Positions 38,201 through 49,960 of a DNA stretch of 64,000 nt are shown one piece after another. Position 1 is the stretch's first letter. Each line of letters opens with the position of its first letter. The DNA comes from Gracilinanus agilis. Its lineage: Eukaryota. The notes below the pieces were generated by a model. It did no database searches. It saw nothing but the letters and a program-made list of their open reading frames with translations, and had not been told where the DNA came from. The DNA lies in NCBI RefSeq assembly GCF_016433145.1, contig NC_058131.1:77073454-77137453 (forward strand), read 5' to 3'. Position numbers and translations under genes: made by a program.

Positions 38201-40867
38201 CAAGTTCATAACCAGTTGCTCCAAACCCATATCTTTGGAGGTTTCTTTAACTCTTTCTACTCTGTGTCATCTCATATCTAATCTGGTCAGTAATCCTGCC
38301 CATATCACTTTTAACGTCTCTAACATTGGCCTCTCCTTCCCTGCTAAATGATACAGGTTATAGATTGCTTGACCTGGAGTAAGAAAAGACCTGACTTTAA
38401 ATCTGACCTGAGTGACCCTGGGCAAGTCACTGAACCTTTGTCTGTCTCAATTTCCTCATTTATGAAATGGAGATAATAATTGTAACTACTTACCAGCATA
38501 AAATGACATAATATTTTTTAAATTCTTTGAAAACTTTTAAGTACTATACAAATGCAAGGAATTGTTTTTATTATTACCATTACTATTATTATAAACTCAT
38601 TTACTGTCCATCCCTCTATAGGATCTGTAATTTATTCCTCTCACACCTTTGCTCCAGTTGTTTCTTATACCTGAAGCTCCTTTATCACATTTCACTGTTG
38701 AATTCCTTCCCAGTCTCTGATTTTCATAGAAATGGAAAATTGTCCCTATTTGTTCAATCAGTAATATGTTGGACTTCACATGCAGCTGACTTATATCCTT
38801 GTCATGTACTAATTTTTAGAGTATTTGTTTCACAGAGGTAACGTGATCTAGTGGATAAAGAGCCCAGCTTTCTGTCAGCCTTACATCTGTCTCACACTGA
38901 CTGTGTGTTTCTGGCAAGTCATTTGGTGTATCAATGCCCCATCCCAAGCAACCAGGACCCCAAGTGTCAAAGCAGTTACAAACTTACATTGGTCATGGGA
39001 GTCTCTTTGCTGAGAGATTCCTCTGCCAGTTAAATCACAGGTTGAAAACAAATGAAAAACCAAAAATGAAATCCAAAAGAAATGAGGCTGAGAGAAAGAT
39101 AGATATTTACCATCCATTACCTCCAGCTGTTCTGCTCATTTCAGATGCTGAGAAATTGTCACTGAGTGGACAATTTCTTCTGGCACCTGTCCTCTGCTCC
39201 TGATGATAGGAATTCTGGGGCTGGTCAGGGAATATCAGGGACCTTCTTTGCCTTGAAGAGAAGAGAAAATGTGTTTCACAGACTGTAGGTCTCTAGATTG
39301 GACAAGGGAAAGAAAGAAAATTCTTTGTCCTCAGTCTTGTCATTTAGAAGCATAAGTGTGGGGCCATGGAGCCCCACACAGAACTAGTGTGAATTAAGGA
39401 TTAGGTAGCTGAGTCCTAAGTACCTTTCCCCAACTCTACTTCCCCTCCCCCTGCTCCCAGAAGATTGAAGCTCTTGCTTTCTTAACTGGCACTTTGATAG
39501 CCTTGGAAAATACTCCCCAAAGATTCATTAGGGAAGATGCATAATTGTCTGACCATCTATGTCCTCCTCTCACCCCCCAGATCTTTCCCTCCTGGAGCAG
39601 AGGGGAGGGTCCCCAGGATAGAACTCTGCATTGAGGGATCTAACAAATTGTCCATGCTCCAAGTGCCTCAGAGCAATTAGTTTGGGGTTCTTTTTTGGTA
39701 TTTCCACAATCCTTTAATACTTGAAGTAGGAGATAGTAGAAAGCAGTGTTCTCATTGTTGGACCCATTGGGCTCTGAATGAAATCTATCTCCTGAACACG
39801 ATCCCTATCTCCATTCCTGTTCTTGTCCAGGGGAATTTTTAGCTTATTGCTTCCCTCTGTCCATCCCAGACCCTGTTTCACCATATCCTACCCTTGGACC
39901 TGAAACTAGAGGGTAATCAAACACTTAATCAGTCAATTAATAAGCATTTATTTAACACATTTTACGTCCCAAGACTATACTAGACACAGGGATAAGAAAG
40001 ATTAAAAATTAAATATCCCCTGCTGTCAACAAGTTTCCATTCTGTCAAGGGAGACAAGTTCCATACCAATAGGTACAAAAAAATAGTCAGACTAAATTCC
40101 AGGTCAGGGTGAAGCATGGACACTAGCACGTTCACAGAATATGAAAAACCATATTACAATCATCAAAATTTCATAGGCACAGAATTCTAATTTTTAATTA
40201 AAATGTTAATCTTTTTGTTACCTTTAGTTACTATATTACCTACTTTCACAATGTATTCTTCCCCCATCAACTATCCTCCCAGATACACAACACTTTGAAC
40301 AAGAATTTTAAAAATGGGAAAAAAGAATTTGCAAAAACTTTTTTCTCTGAAATTTGATGTTCTTTGCAGTCTATCACATCCATATTACATAGTATTAAGT
40401 TCTCTGAAGACAAGTTCCTCTGTCCCTACTTAACCTTGATTTGGGCATGATAGTGACTTAAAACTTTACTAGCCCCAGTGTACTAGAATGTTGTTAAGCT
40501 TTTGCAACCGGTATAGCTATTGTGAAGTTGAGGCTCTCTGCATGCCATGCTGAAACTTTTTAGTTCTTCAGTAAAGCATGATTCAATTTCTACACATACA
40601 CACAGTAGATATATATGTATGTATGTATGTATGTATATGTGGATATATTAATCCTATACATGCAACATATATACACAACACACATATATACATGGTTATA
40701 GTATTCATACTTATATGCATATGTGTCCTTAGGCACATACATATACATAAATACATATAGATTAAATGGAAATAGAGATGGTATATTGATTTACAAATAC
40801 ATCATTTCAATTAAACCTTAATGATATATACCATATATCTCCAAAGCTTCTCCTATCTCCTTCAAGT

Positions 40868-41090
40868 TGAAAAAAGTTAATATTGGGAATGGGAATAATA
40901 ATAAACTGGGAAATAACCACACCTCACAAGGGACAGGCAGACTGAGTGTCAGACTCTAATTGACTGAAGATCTCAAATCCACACAACTTTCTTCTTCTTC
41001 TTCTTCTTCTTCTTCTTCTTCTTCTTCTTCTTCTTCTTCTTCTTCTTCTTCTTCATTATTAATAATATCCACATTTCATTATCTATACCA
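40868..41090 (-). mobile_element. Truncated 3' LTR (R/U5 part) with a (GAA)n tract
   Basis: Minus strand ends ...cccattcccaatattaacttttttCA at 40868. The same U5-like end precedes CA-GT-TGG in the inverted cassette at 46605-46641. (CTT)n at ~40990-41054. Confidence 0.55.
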
Positions 41091-42216
41091 TGTGCTAATT
41101 TCATATGAGAACAATGATACCACAAATCTCTACCTAAAACTTTTACAGAAAATGGTGAAACTAATACAACTGCATAAGAACCTAACCAATTTTGTTCTGT
41201 TGCTGATGTTTTGTCAAAATTTTTCACATACATCATATCACCTGGTTGAAAATTATGAAGATAATAATCCAATTGACCAGATTGAATTAATACTCCCATA
41301 TCATGTAATTCTCTTAGCCTCTTCTGTAAAGTACTCAAATATGAAGCAATTTGGCAATCACCTCCTAAGAGTGATGCATAAACAGCCTTCCATATTTTCG
41401 CTTGTAGTGGAGCATGTCCATAGAGCATCTCATATGATGATATATGTAGATCTGTTCTTGGTCTCGTATGTAGGTAAAACAAAGCTATGGGAAGAATCTC
41501 TGCTCATTTGAGATGAGTTTAAGCACAGAGTTTCTCATCCATAGTCTTGAGTTCCCTATTCATATGCTCCACTTGACCTGAACTTTGTGGGTGATAAGGA
41601 ACATGATATTTAGGTGTTATTCCTAGATTCTCATAGATTCTTCTAAGGATATCCTGAGTGAAATAAGACCCCTTATCCTAATCTATGATTAATGGTACAC
41701 TGAATCTAGGCACAATTTCCTTGAATAATACTTTCACCACAAAGCTTGCTGTGTTGGTATTTGATGGAAACACTTCAGGCCATTTAGTTAGTCTATCAAC
41801 TATCACAAGACAATGTATTTTCCAGCTTTAGGCATGCAGATATAATCAATTTATAAACTCTCCAATGGACAATATTCTAAAGGCCTACCACCTAAACCTT
41901 TCTTTCTGAATGAACTTTGATTGAACTTTTGGCAGACTGAACAACTAATACAGATCTTATTTGCAACAGTACTTATTCCAGGAGCAACCCATTGTCTCTT
42001 GATGGAATACACAACAGCTTGTGTACCAAAATGACCTTTTGTGTAAATGGCTTGACACAAATAGGTATACAAGTCTTTTGGTAACAATGGTCTTCCTGTA
42101 TCAGTATTCCATGTCCCATTTTCTTTCCTAGCTCTAAATTTATCCTTCCACTTCTGGATATCTGAGTCTACATAAGCTTTTTCTAGATCATTAGAATTAA
42201 TAGATGTTAAATTCAT
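40973..42216 (-). pseudogene. ERV integrase (disrupted)
   Basis: ORFs 41851-42216 (HFG...CSVC zinc-finger region) and 40973-41482 (core end and GPY/F-like WLGSYAVVLV). Confidence 0.85.
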
Positions 42217-44004
42217 TATATAAATTGGAGCATTCTGGGCAGCATACTACGCAGTGATATCAGCCCTATGATTTCCTTTAGAGACTGAATCTCTACCATG
42301 AGTATGACTGACAATGAATTACTGTCAGCTGTTTTGGCTTCTGGATTGCTTCTAACAACTATTATTCCTGCATGAGCTATTGGTTTTCCTGATGCAGTAG
42401 TAAAACCTTGTTGTTTCCATAGCTTTCCTGTTGTATGGCAAACAGAAAATGCATACAGAGAGTCAGTGTAAATATTTACACTTTTACCTTCAGCTAGAAG
42501 ACAGGATTGCTTCAATGCCAATAATTCTGCACCCTGAACATTAAGATTACTAGGTAATGAGCCGTACTGCAGTGTCTTTAAATTCTGTGACAACTGCAGC
42601 TCCAGTACATCTTATTCCATTACATAAATATGATGGATCATCTGTGAATAATACCAAGTTTGGATTTTTGAGTGGAGTGTCTTTTAAATCCATCCTAGGC
42701 ATATCCACAAGATCTACTACCTCAATACATTCATGCAATGGCTCACTGTTCTTAGGCAAATCAGGAAGAAGAGTAGCTGGATTGAGTATGCTACATCTCT
42801 TCAGCTGGATGCTCTCACTACCTAAGAGAATAATTTCATACTTAGATATTCGTTGGTCTGAATATGATTGAGTACAAAACTTCCTCATTAGTGCTTCTAT
42901 CTGATGTGAACAATAAACTGTCAATGGACATCCCAGAACCAGATCAGCTGACTTCTGGACTAACACAGTCACTGCTGCTACCCTCCTTAGACAGGGTACT
43001 GTCCCCACAACTATTGGATCAAGTTGACAACTGTAGTATCCAATTTGACAATAACTCTGTCCTAAAGTTTGAGTCAACACACCAGAAGCTATACCTTTTG
43101 TTTTATTGACAGATAGCTGAAAAGGTTTCTCATAGTCTGGAATTCCTAATGCAGGTGCAGATAGAATGGCTTCTTTGAGTCTATTTAAGGCTACATGATG
43201 TTCAGGCTTTAGTTTCAGATGTTCCGGTTCTGTATTCCTGGTCAGATCTGTCAAGCATTTAGTGATCTCACTATACACAGGAATCCATTGTCTACAGAAA
43301 CCAGTAGTTCCAAGAATAGATCTAAGTTGTTTTTTAGTTCTAGGTGAATTCAGTTTCTGAATGTCAGCTATTCTCTTTTGTGTGATACTTCTGGAACCCT
43401 CTGACAACAAAGATCCAAGATATTGCACATGAGGCAAAACCTATTGTAATTTTTCCTTGGAGATTTTATGCCCTCGTTTGTATAACTTAATGAAAAGAAT
43501 CTTGTTGTCTCTAAGACACACCTTTGCATTTGGGGATGCTAACTCCACCAAGGACGGTCCCAAGCCCGGCTGAAAAAGGAGGAGGGTTGGGCGCGAGGCT
43601 AGCAACCTCACCCCGTAAAAATCTCACTTGCTACAGAAACTGCAACCTCATTAAACCAACAAGACCAACAATCATCTAGTCTGGAAGATTGCTCTCCAAC
43701 AGAGTCCACGAGGCGTGCTGGCAAAAGCCAACAAACTCCAGGTCTTTGTTAACAGATGCCTACGTCAAATCTTGAACATCAGATGACCTGAAAAGATCTC
43801 CAATACCAGAATCTGGGAAAGAACAATTCAGTATCCCATCAGTCAGGATGCTATGAAAAAAAAATATGGAACCCACCAGGGAGGAGGAAAGTCGGAAGGC
43901 CAAAACAGACCTGGCAAAGATATGCCCAGTTGGGGGAAGTTGCCCAGAACAGAGTCCTTTGGCGTGAGATGGTTGCAGCCCTATGCTCCTCTGGGAGTCA
44001 ATAG

Positions 44005-44051
<47 letters not shown>

Positions 44052-44454
44052 GAATATCATCCACAAAATGCACCAATTTACTCTCTTTAAATTTAATCGT
44101 TTTTAGATCTCTATGTAGAATTTGAAAGAACTGGCTAGGTGAGTCTGTATACCCCTCTGGAGGACGAGTCCATATCCCATGAGTTTTCTCCCAAGGGAAA
44201 GCAAAGATCTTTTGAGAGTCCTCATGAATTGGTATAGAGAAAAACGCAGAGCATAAATCTACCATGGTGAAATATCTAGCCTGACTTGGAATGGAAGAAA
44301 TTATAGCAGCTGGACATGGCACAACTGGATGAGTCTTGATGACATAATCATTTACCACTCTTAGATCTTGAATAAATTGGCAAACAGGTTGGCCATTTTC
44401 ATCAAGTTTTGGCTTCTTTATAGGCAAAATTGGTGTATTAAACTCAGAAAACAT
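42216..44454 (-). pseudogene. ERV reverse transcriptase and RNase H (disrupted, interrupted by the RTE insert)
   Basis: ORFs 43981-44454, 42550-43437 and 42216-42593. Confidence 0.9.
43543..44049 (+). mobile_element. Internally deleted RTE-clade retroposon with (TAA)n tail
   Basis: RTE-like 5' UTR (ggtcccaagcccgg...gctagcaacctcaccccgtaaaa) joined to RT C-terminal pieces (ANKLQVFVNRCLRQILNI; NPPGRRKVGRPKQTW; AQNRVLWREMVAALCS), then a TAA-repeat tail. Confidence 0.8.
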
Positions 44455-44618
44455 GGTATTATTATCCCTTGTTGGATTAAGGACTCAATAATTGAGCATA
44501 TACCATCTATTGCTTCCTTAGTCAAGGAATATTGAGGCACACAAGGAACTGGTCCTTCCTTTGTCCTCACCCTGACTGGAGTAGCTGATTTTAGCAACCC
44601 AACATCTGTGGATGATTT

Positions 44619-45060
44619 TTACCACAAATCCTTGACCTCAGGTATTGGATAGATAGTACCCAAGTCATCCTCTGTACTGTTAGAATCTAAGAAAAGCAAT
44701 GGAAAGGCCTTCAAAGATTCCTCTGGGGGATGTAAAGAAATATCATCAGATTCAGTACATTGGATAGTAGCCCATAATTTACATAAAAGATCCCTCCCTA
44801 AAAGATTCATTGGAAATTCTGGAACACACAGAAATGCATGTTCTACAGAAAGGGATCCTAGGGTTACCATTTTTGGTTGCAATTTAGCTACTTTCTGAGT
44901 TATGCCTGTAGCACCAATTACATCCATTGTACCAATAGCTCTACAATTTTCAGGAAAACTTTTCAAAACTTATTTACTCACTCCTGTGTCAACAAGAAGA
45001 TCTTAAATCTGGTCTCCAATAGTTACAGACACATATGGTTCTGTGCTATTGGGAGGTTGA
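44619..45060 (-). pseudogene. ERV aspartic protease (disrupted)
   Basis: EPYVSVTIGDQI*DLLVDTG (DTG at ~44991-44983) ... FPMNLLGRDLLCKL. Confidence 0.85.
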
Positions 45061-45789
45061 AAAGTTTCCAACACAGCAGCTAAAACAGTAACATCAGAAC
45101 AAAGCTCAGCCATTTCCTGTCTATCCAAGTTAACATCATCTTGAATTACAGAATTTTCCCAGGATTTTGCACCTTCGGTCCTTTTCACCTCTATTCTGGT
45201 ATCACTGTTCTTATTTACAATCGATTTATCCTTAATTAAATCACAATTTCCATTATTCTTCTTAATTACACAATTACTAGAACTTCCAACACCATTTATA
45301 ACACTATTTTTCTTTTTCTCAAATTATTTACACCACTAATTAAATTATTACCAACAGCAAGTAAATCATTATCAATCTTAGTCAAATTATTACAAATGCT
45401 AGTTAAATTACTACTATCAGTGGGTAAATTACCATTAACATTAAATAAATTACCACTACCATTCATAACACCATTTAATTTAGTTAATTTAGCGCTGATA
45501 TGACTTAAAGTATCATTAATTCCCTTTAAATTACCATTTACATTGATTACATTGATTACCATTTACATTGATTATCATTGATTCCATTCAAATAAACATT
45601 AACACTGATCAACTCATCACCATTATTAATTAAATCCTTATTATCACCAATTAAATCATTATTAACACCAAGTTCACCATTACCATTATCCACAATCACA
45701 TTATCATTATCTTTAACACATATAATTTCATCAACATTCACTTTATTCCCATTTCCTTGATTAATTACTTCTGAATTTTGGGCACACCT

Positions 45790-46950
45790 TCATAATGAAG
45801 TTGTCCCTCCATTCTGGTTACCATGATTCATATTCCCTGTCACAACGTGGCTGTACTCTAGCCTTTATATAATTCTGTGTCATTGCCATATTGGGAGCTT
45901 GAATGCCCTGGCAATGGGCATTTGGACATTGAAAACTATTTTGTTGACCAATACCATAATTATTACTGTTATTACCGTACCAGTTATTCCCCCTATTGTT
46001 GTTATTGTTGTAGCCATAATTTCTGTTGTTTCTCTGCCTGTCAAATTGACCCTTAAGCCTACATTCCTTCACAAAATGCCCAACACAATTGCATAAAAAA
46101 AACATCTTTTAGGCTCTTGATATCTGTTATTATCATTATTGCTAATCCTAAAGGTTGTATTTCTCTTGTCAGATGGTTGTATTCCCCTCAGTGCTGCTAC
46201 AGCCTTGATTTCACCCATCTCCTCTTTTTCCCTGTTATTTGCATCTTTTAATTGCTTACAAAAACTTTATATCACCATATCTTTGTCTTCAGAGGATCTA
46301 TCCTTCTCCTGGGCATATACATAAGTAGCTTTCTGTTTTAATTGGTCTAAGGAAAGCAATTCCCAATCTGGGCAATAGTCTAGAAAAAAATTCCTGACAC
46401 TACGGACTGAATTCTGTACAAAAATCCTTTTGATATGCTCTACTATACTCTCTTCCTGGGTGTTGAGCCCTAAGTGTGATTCTTTGGACTTAATTACTCT
46501 GTCAAGGAAAGAAGCTGGTATTTCTTGACCAGTCTGCCTTGTTTTCTCAAATTTGCTCCACGCATTGGGAAGACAAGAGTGTTTTTCCATAGCCTTAAGA
46601 ATAGATTATTCCCATTCCCAATATTATATGTTTTCAGTTGGCACCAGTAACAGAGGGAAGCTAAATCAGATAGACAGGAAGTTAACTCTGAAGGTTGGAT
46701 ACACACTGGAAGTCAGAGGGAAGTGAACATTATGTGAGGGGTGATAGCCATTGGCTGTGGACTGAAAGTTCCAAGGAATTGGTGAACCACTCAAAGCTGA
46801 TATACTCCTTGGTTATACTCATTCATAAATTTCAAAATTTAAATCCATTTCTTGCCAATTTTCTGGCCATGGGGTCAATCCTTGGGTTGTTTTTGTTTCC
46901 CCAATAAACTTATCCCAGTCTGTCTTAGACAACACTTTTCCCAAAATAAA
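45790..46950 (-). pseudogene. gag: ERV gag (CA, coiled segment, NC; MA missing), ending at TGA 45792-45790
   Basis: DWDKFIGETKTTQGLTPWPENWQ...ESILKAMEKHSCLPNAWSKFE; homologous to the 62790-63622 gag remnant. Confidence 0.85.
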
Positions 46951-46963
46951 TAGATTTAGCTTC

Positions 46964-46981
46964 CCTCTGTTAATGGTGCCA
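46964..46981 (-). promoter_or_regulatory. Putative primer-binding site (TGGCACCATTAACAGAGG), loosely tRNA-Lys-like
   Basis: Follows TTTTCA-GT, the standard LTR-end/PBS arrangement; a second copy lies at 46639 on the plus strand. Confidence 0.55.
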
Positions 46982-47219
46982 ACTGAAAAAGAATAGCCTA
47001 ATAGTTTAACTAACTAGATTTCTAACTAAGTTGGTCTCTAACTAAACTATGAGGAGCTGAAGAGGGGTTCTCACAGTACAGGTTCAGAGATGCTCCAAGC
47101 TGGTCAAAGACATTACAGGACAAGTTCAAAAGCAACCAGTTAATTCAAAGCAGACTCCAGGGAGTAAGGAAGATTGATCTGCTGTCCACCAACAGATAAC
47201 CCAGTCCTTTCCTCAACCT

Positions 47220-48720
47220 AGGCCACAATGTTTCCTTGAAGAATACTCTTCTCAGCAGTATCCCACACTGACAGCTCCTTGGGAAGTTGGCAAAATCTGG
47301 ATCACACAGCCACAACACCTCCTTTCCTCCAGCTTGGTCAAACTCCTACACCTTTTCAAAATCCTGGCTTCATTCCATTATAGAACTCTTAGGTCTTTAG
47401 AGTCAATCTAGAAGCCTGGGTGCTAATGTTTAATTTCCCCATTACAAAGTCACATCTAAAATATACTTTTTACATCAAGCCTTTCTGAATCTCTCTTAAT
47501 GCTAGTGCTTTTCTTCTACTATCTCCAATTTATATTATATATAGTTTGTTTATATATAAGTGCTTGTCATCTAGAATGAAGACCAAAAAACAGCCATGGA
47601 ATTTGGTAATTAACATATTATTGCCAACTTTGGAGAGTTGAATGCTCCTTTTAGACTGTGAATTCTTTGAGAGCAGTGATCCTTTTTTCTTTCTTTCTTC
47701 CCCAAACACACTTATGTATCCTCCATCCATAAAAAAAATACAATACTTGTTAACCATCATCTTAAATCTCTTCTCCCAGTTGTGGCTAACTTTCTTGAGA
47801 AATTTGTGTAAACTATGTGCTTCCACTTCCTCTCCTCTCATTTTCTTCTAACCCTTTGCAATCTGGCTTCCAATCTCATCATTCAACTCTCCAAAGTTGG
47901 TAATAATATGTTAATTGCCAAATCTCATGGTTGTTTCTCGGTCTTCATTCTTCTTGCCTTCCAACACCACTTGAAAGTGAATCACTTTCCCTTCCCCGAT
48001 ACTCTATTCTTTTCTGTACCCCTTTCCTTTGACTCCCCTCTTACCTGCATGAATGCTCCTCAGTTTCCTATGCTGATTCTTTACCTATGTCATTCTTACT
48101 AACCACAAGTTCACCAAGACTCTGCCCTGAGCCCTCTTCTCTTTTTCCTCTATACTATATTACCTGATCATCTTATCATCTTCTACAGGTTTTAATTCTT
48201 AACAAATTATTCTTATATTTATATATTTGACCCAAGTATCTCTTTTGAAGTCTAGTCCTATACCATCAACTACCTGTTGGTCATTCTGAAGTGGATGTCC
48301 AATAGACATATAGAGCTCAATGTGTCCAAAACAGAGGCCATTAGCTTTCTCTTCCCAAACTTCACAAATTTCTCCATTATTGTTAAGAATAGCACTGTTT
48401 GTCCAGTGAATTAGGCTCACAACCTTGGTGTCTTTCTCAACTCTTGACTCATTTCCTGCAGATATCTATTTTTTTTGTAAATCTTGTCTTTTTTCAACTT
48501 CACAATATCCATTTAATAAATCCCTTTCTTTCCATTCAAACACCATTATCTTATGATATCCCTTAATTTTCTCTCAACTGAATTATTGTGATAGACTTCT
48601 AATTGGCTTCACTGCTTCACAATTCTCTCTACTAGAATCAAATCTCTGCTTAGCAGCTTAAATAATTTTTCTAAAGAGGAGATGTGACCATGGCACCCGT
48701 CTTACTCAATAAATCCTGGT
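47220..48720 (+). mobile_element. L2 LINE fragments (RT region and rearranged 3' pieces)
   Basis: ctaaccctttgcaatctggcttcc...ctctccaaagttggtaataat...gccaaatc; gaagtggatgtcc...agctcaatgtgtccaaaacag. Confidence 0.65.
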
Positions 48721-49549
48721 GGTTTGTGTTGTGGGGGTCTTGGCTCCATAACTTAGCTTAGAAATAAAAAGAGAAATGTATTAAGTCATGTTGAAGTGAC
48801 TGGGAGGACAGCATAGATGGAAAAAACTGCCTCCTCCAAGGGATCAATTCTGGGATTTTTATACTATTAACTTGGAAATACCACAAAACTACTAAAGTAG
48901 TGAGCAAAAACTAATTCTTTAATCAGGAAAGAGATAAGTGCAATAATCCACCACTATCATAGAGCCAGGAGCCAAGATATTACACAGAGTGTGAACCCTG
49001 GGGCTCTGGGGACAGTGTCTCTGGGAGGATCAACAAGCTGGAAGATATTATAAAGAATGACAGAATTTGAGGGTCTTTTATGCCCTCTGGGGAACTTGGT
49101 ACAGCAAACATACATTGACAGGCTGCAAGCAGGCTTCAATATGGACCTTCTGACTCCAGATATAGCACTTGTTTACTGGGAATTAGTATTTCTATGGATC
49201 TGACAACTTTGTTTTATGGAACCCCCAAATTTACCTTTGTCTCTTAAGGAACTTGCCTTCAGGGAACTCCCAAACTGACCCTTGTCTTAGACTGAACAAT
49301 GGTAGATAAGAGATAAAAGAAGAAGAGGTCTTTTACGTATAAAAATATTTATAGCATATTTATAAAAATGTATTAAATCTAATACATGGCAAATACATAT
49401 GTATATGCATATATATAAAACAAAAAGAAATGTATATCTTCGTATATTTTTTTTGTGGTGGCAAAAAATAGTATGTATCCTTAAAATGGGTTTTTCTTTC
49501 TTCATTCTCTCCTACCTTTTATCTATAGTTCATACCTCTGTTAGTGTTT

Positions 49550-49960
49550 CTGGTGTAATGAATAAAAGGGGCTGATCCTAGTAATAATACTAGATGGAGC
49601 TAGCTTTGGAGAGGATGGTAACCAAGTTCCTGGTTAGCAGAGAGATAAGTGAAACTCTCTCTGCTAGACACCAGGCTCCTTTAAGATATCTAATCTCCAG
49701 CCCCTATCCTGATGAGGAAGTGACTTCCTATTGGTCAGTATAGTAATTTGACAGGAAGTGAGTATGGGACTTCCTGTCCAACAGCAATAGAGTTTATCCC
49801 TGCTGTAGCTGTTCAGAACTTTTCCTGTAGGCTGACTCTGCTTGGCCTTACATGGGTAGGCAATAACCACAAAGTTCTCAGATTACGGCTAAGAGGTTTA
49901 TTGATAACAGGAGTATAGGATATAAAGTAGTGGAAAGTGGGCTAGGAAGTACTGAGAATT
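49550..49960. mobile_element. LTR-like fragment(s)
   Basis: TG starts, ggaagtga motifs, a reverse-strand AATAAA (ggtttattg); boundaries uncertain. Confidence 0.35.

Larger units (their letters stand above)
40868..46984 (-). mobile_element. Decayed class I (gamma/epsilon-like) ERV: PBS, gag (CA-NC), spacer, pro, pol (RT, RNase H, IN), truncated 3' LTR; no env
   Basis: CA: WSKFEKTRQTGQEIPASFLDRV. NC: CxxxGHFVKEC. PR: LLVDTG...LLGRDLL. RT: QDLRVVN...FVDD. RNase H: LFTD...QGAEL...IYTDS. IN: HHCC-like and core. Many stops and frameshifts. Confidence 0.95.
28013..49445 (+). repeat. Copy 2 of the tandem segmental duplication (carries the ERV)
   Basis: See copy 1; constant offset of 20645 across 11020-14779. 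Confidence 0.85.

Noticed and set aside
40331-40580. Weak resemblance (TIAIPVAKA*QHSSTLGLVK) to a hAT transposase dimerisation domain on the minus strand
   Set aside because: Short, stop-ridden and needs gaps; cannot be supported without an HMM search
40960-41511. 183-aa poly-Ser ORF (plus) and poly-Lys tail on integrase (minus)
   Set aside because: Both come from a (CTT/GAA)n microsatellite in a decayed ERV; the plus ORF is just antisense to IN
43853-44125. Poly-Asn / poly-Leu ORFs
   Set aside because: Translation of the RTE (TAA)n tail
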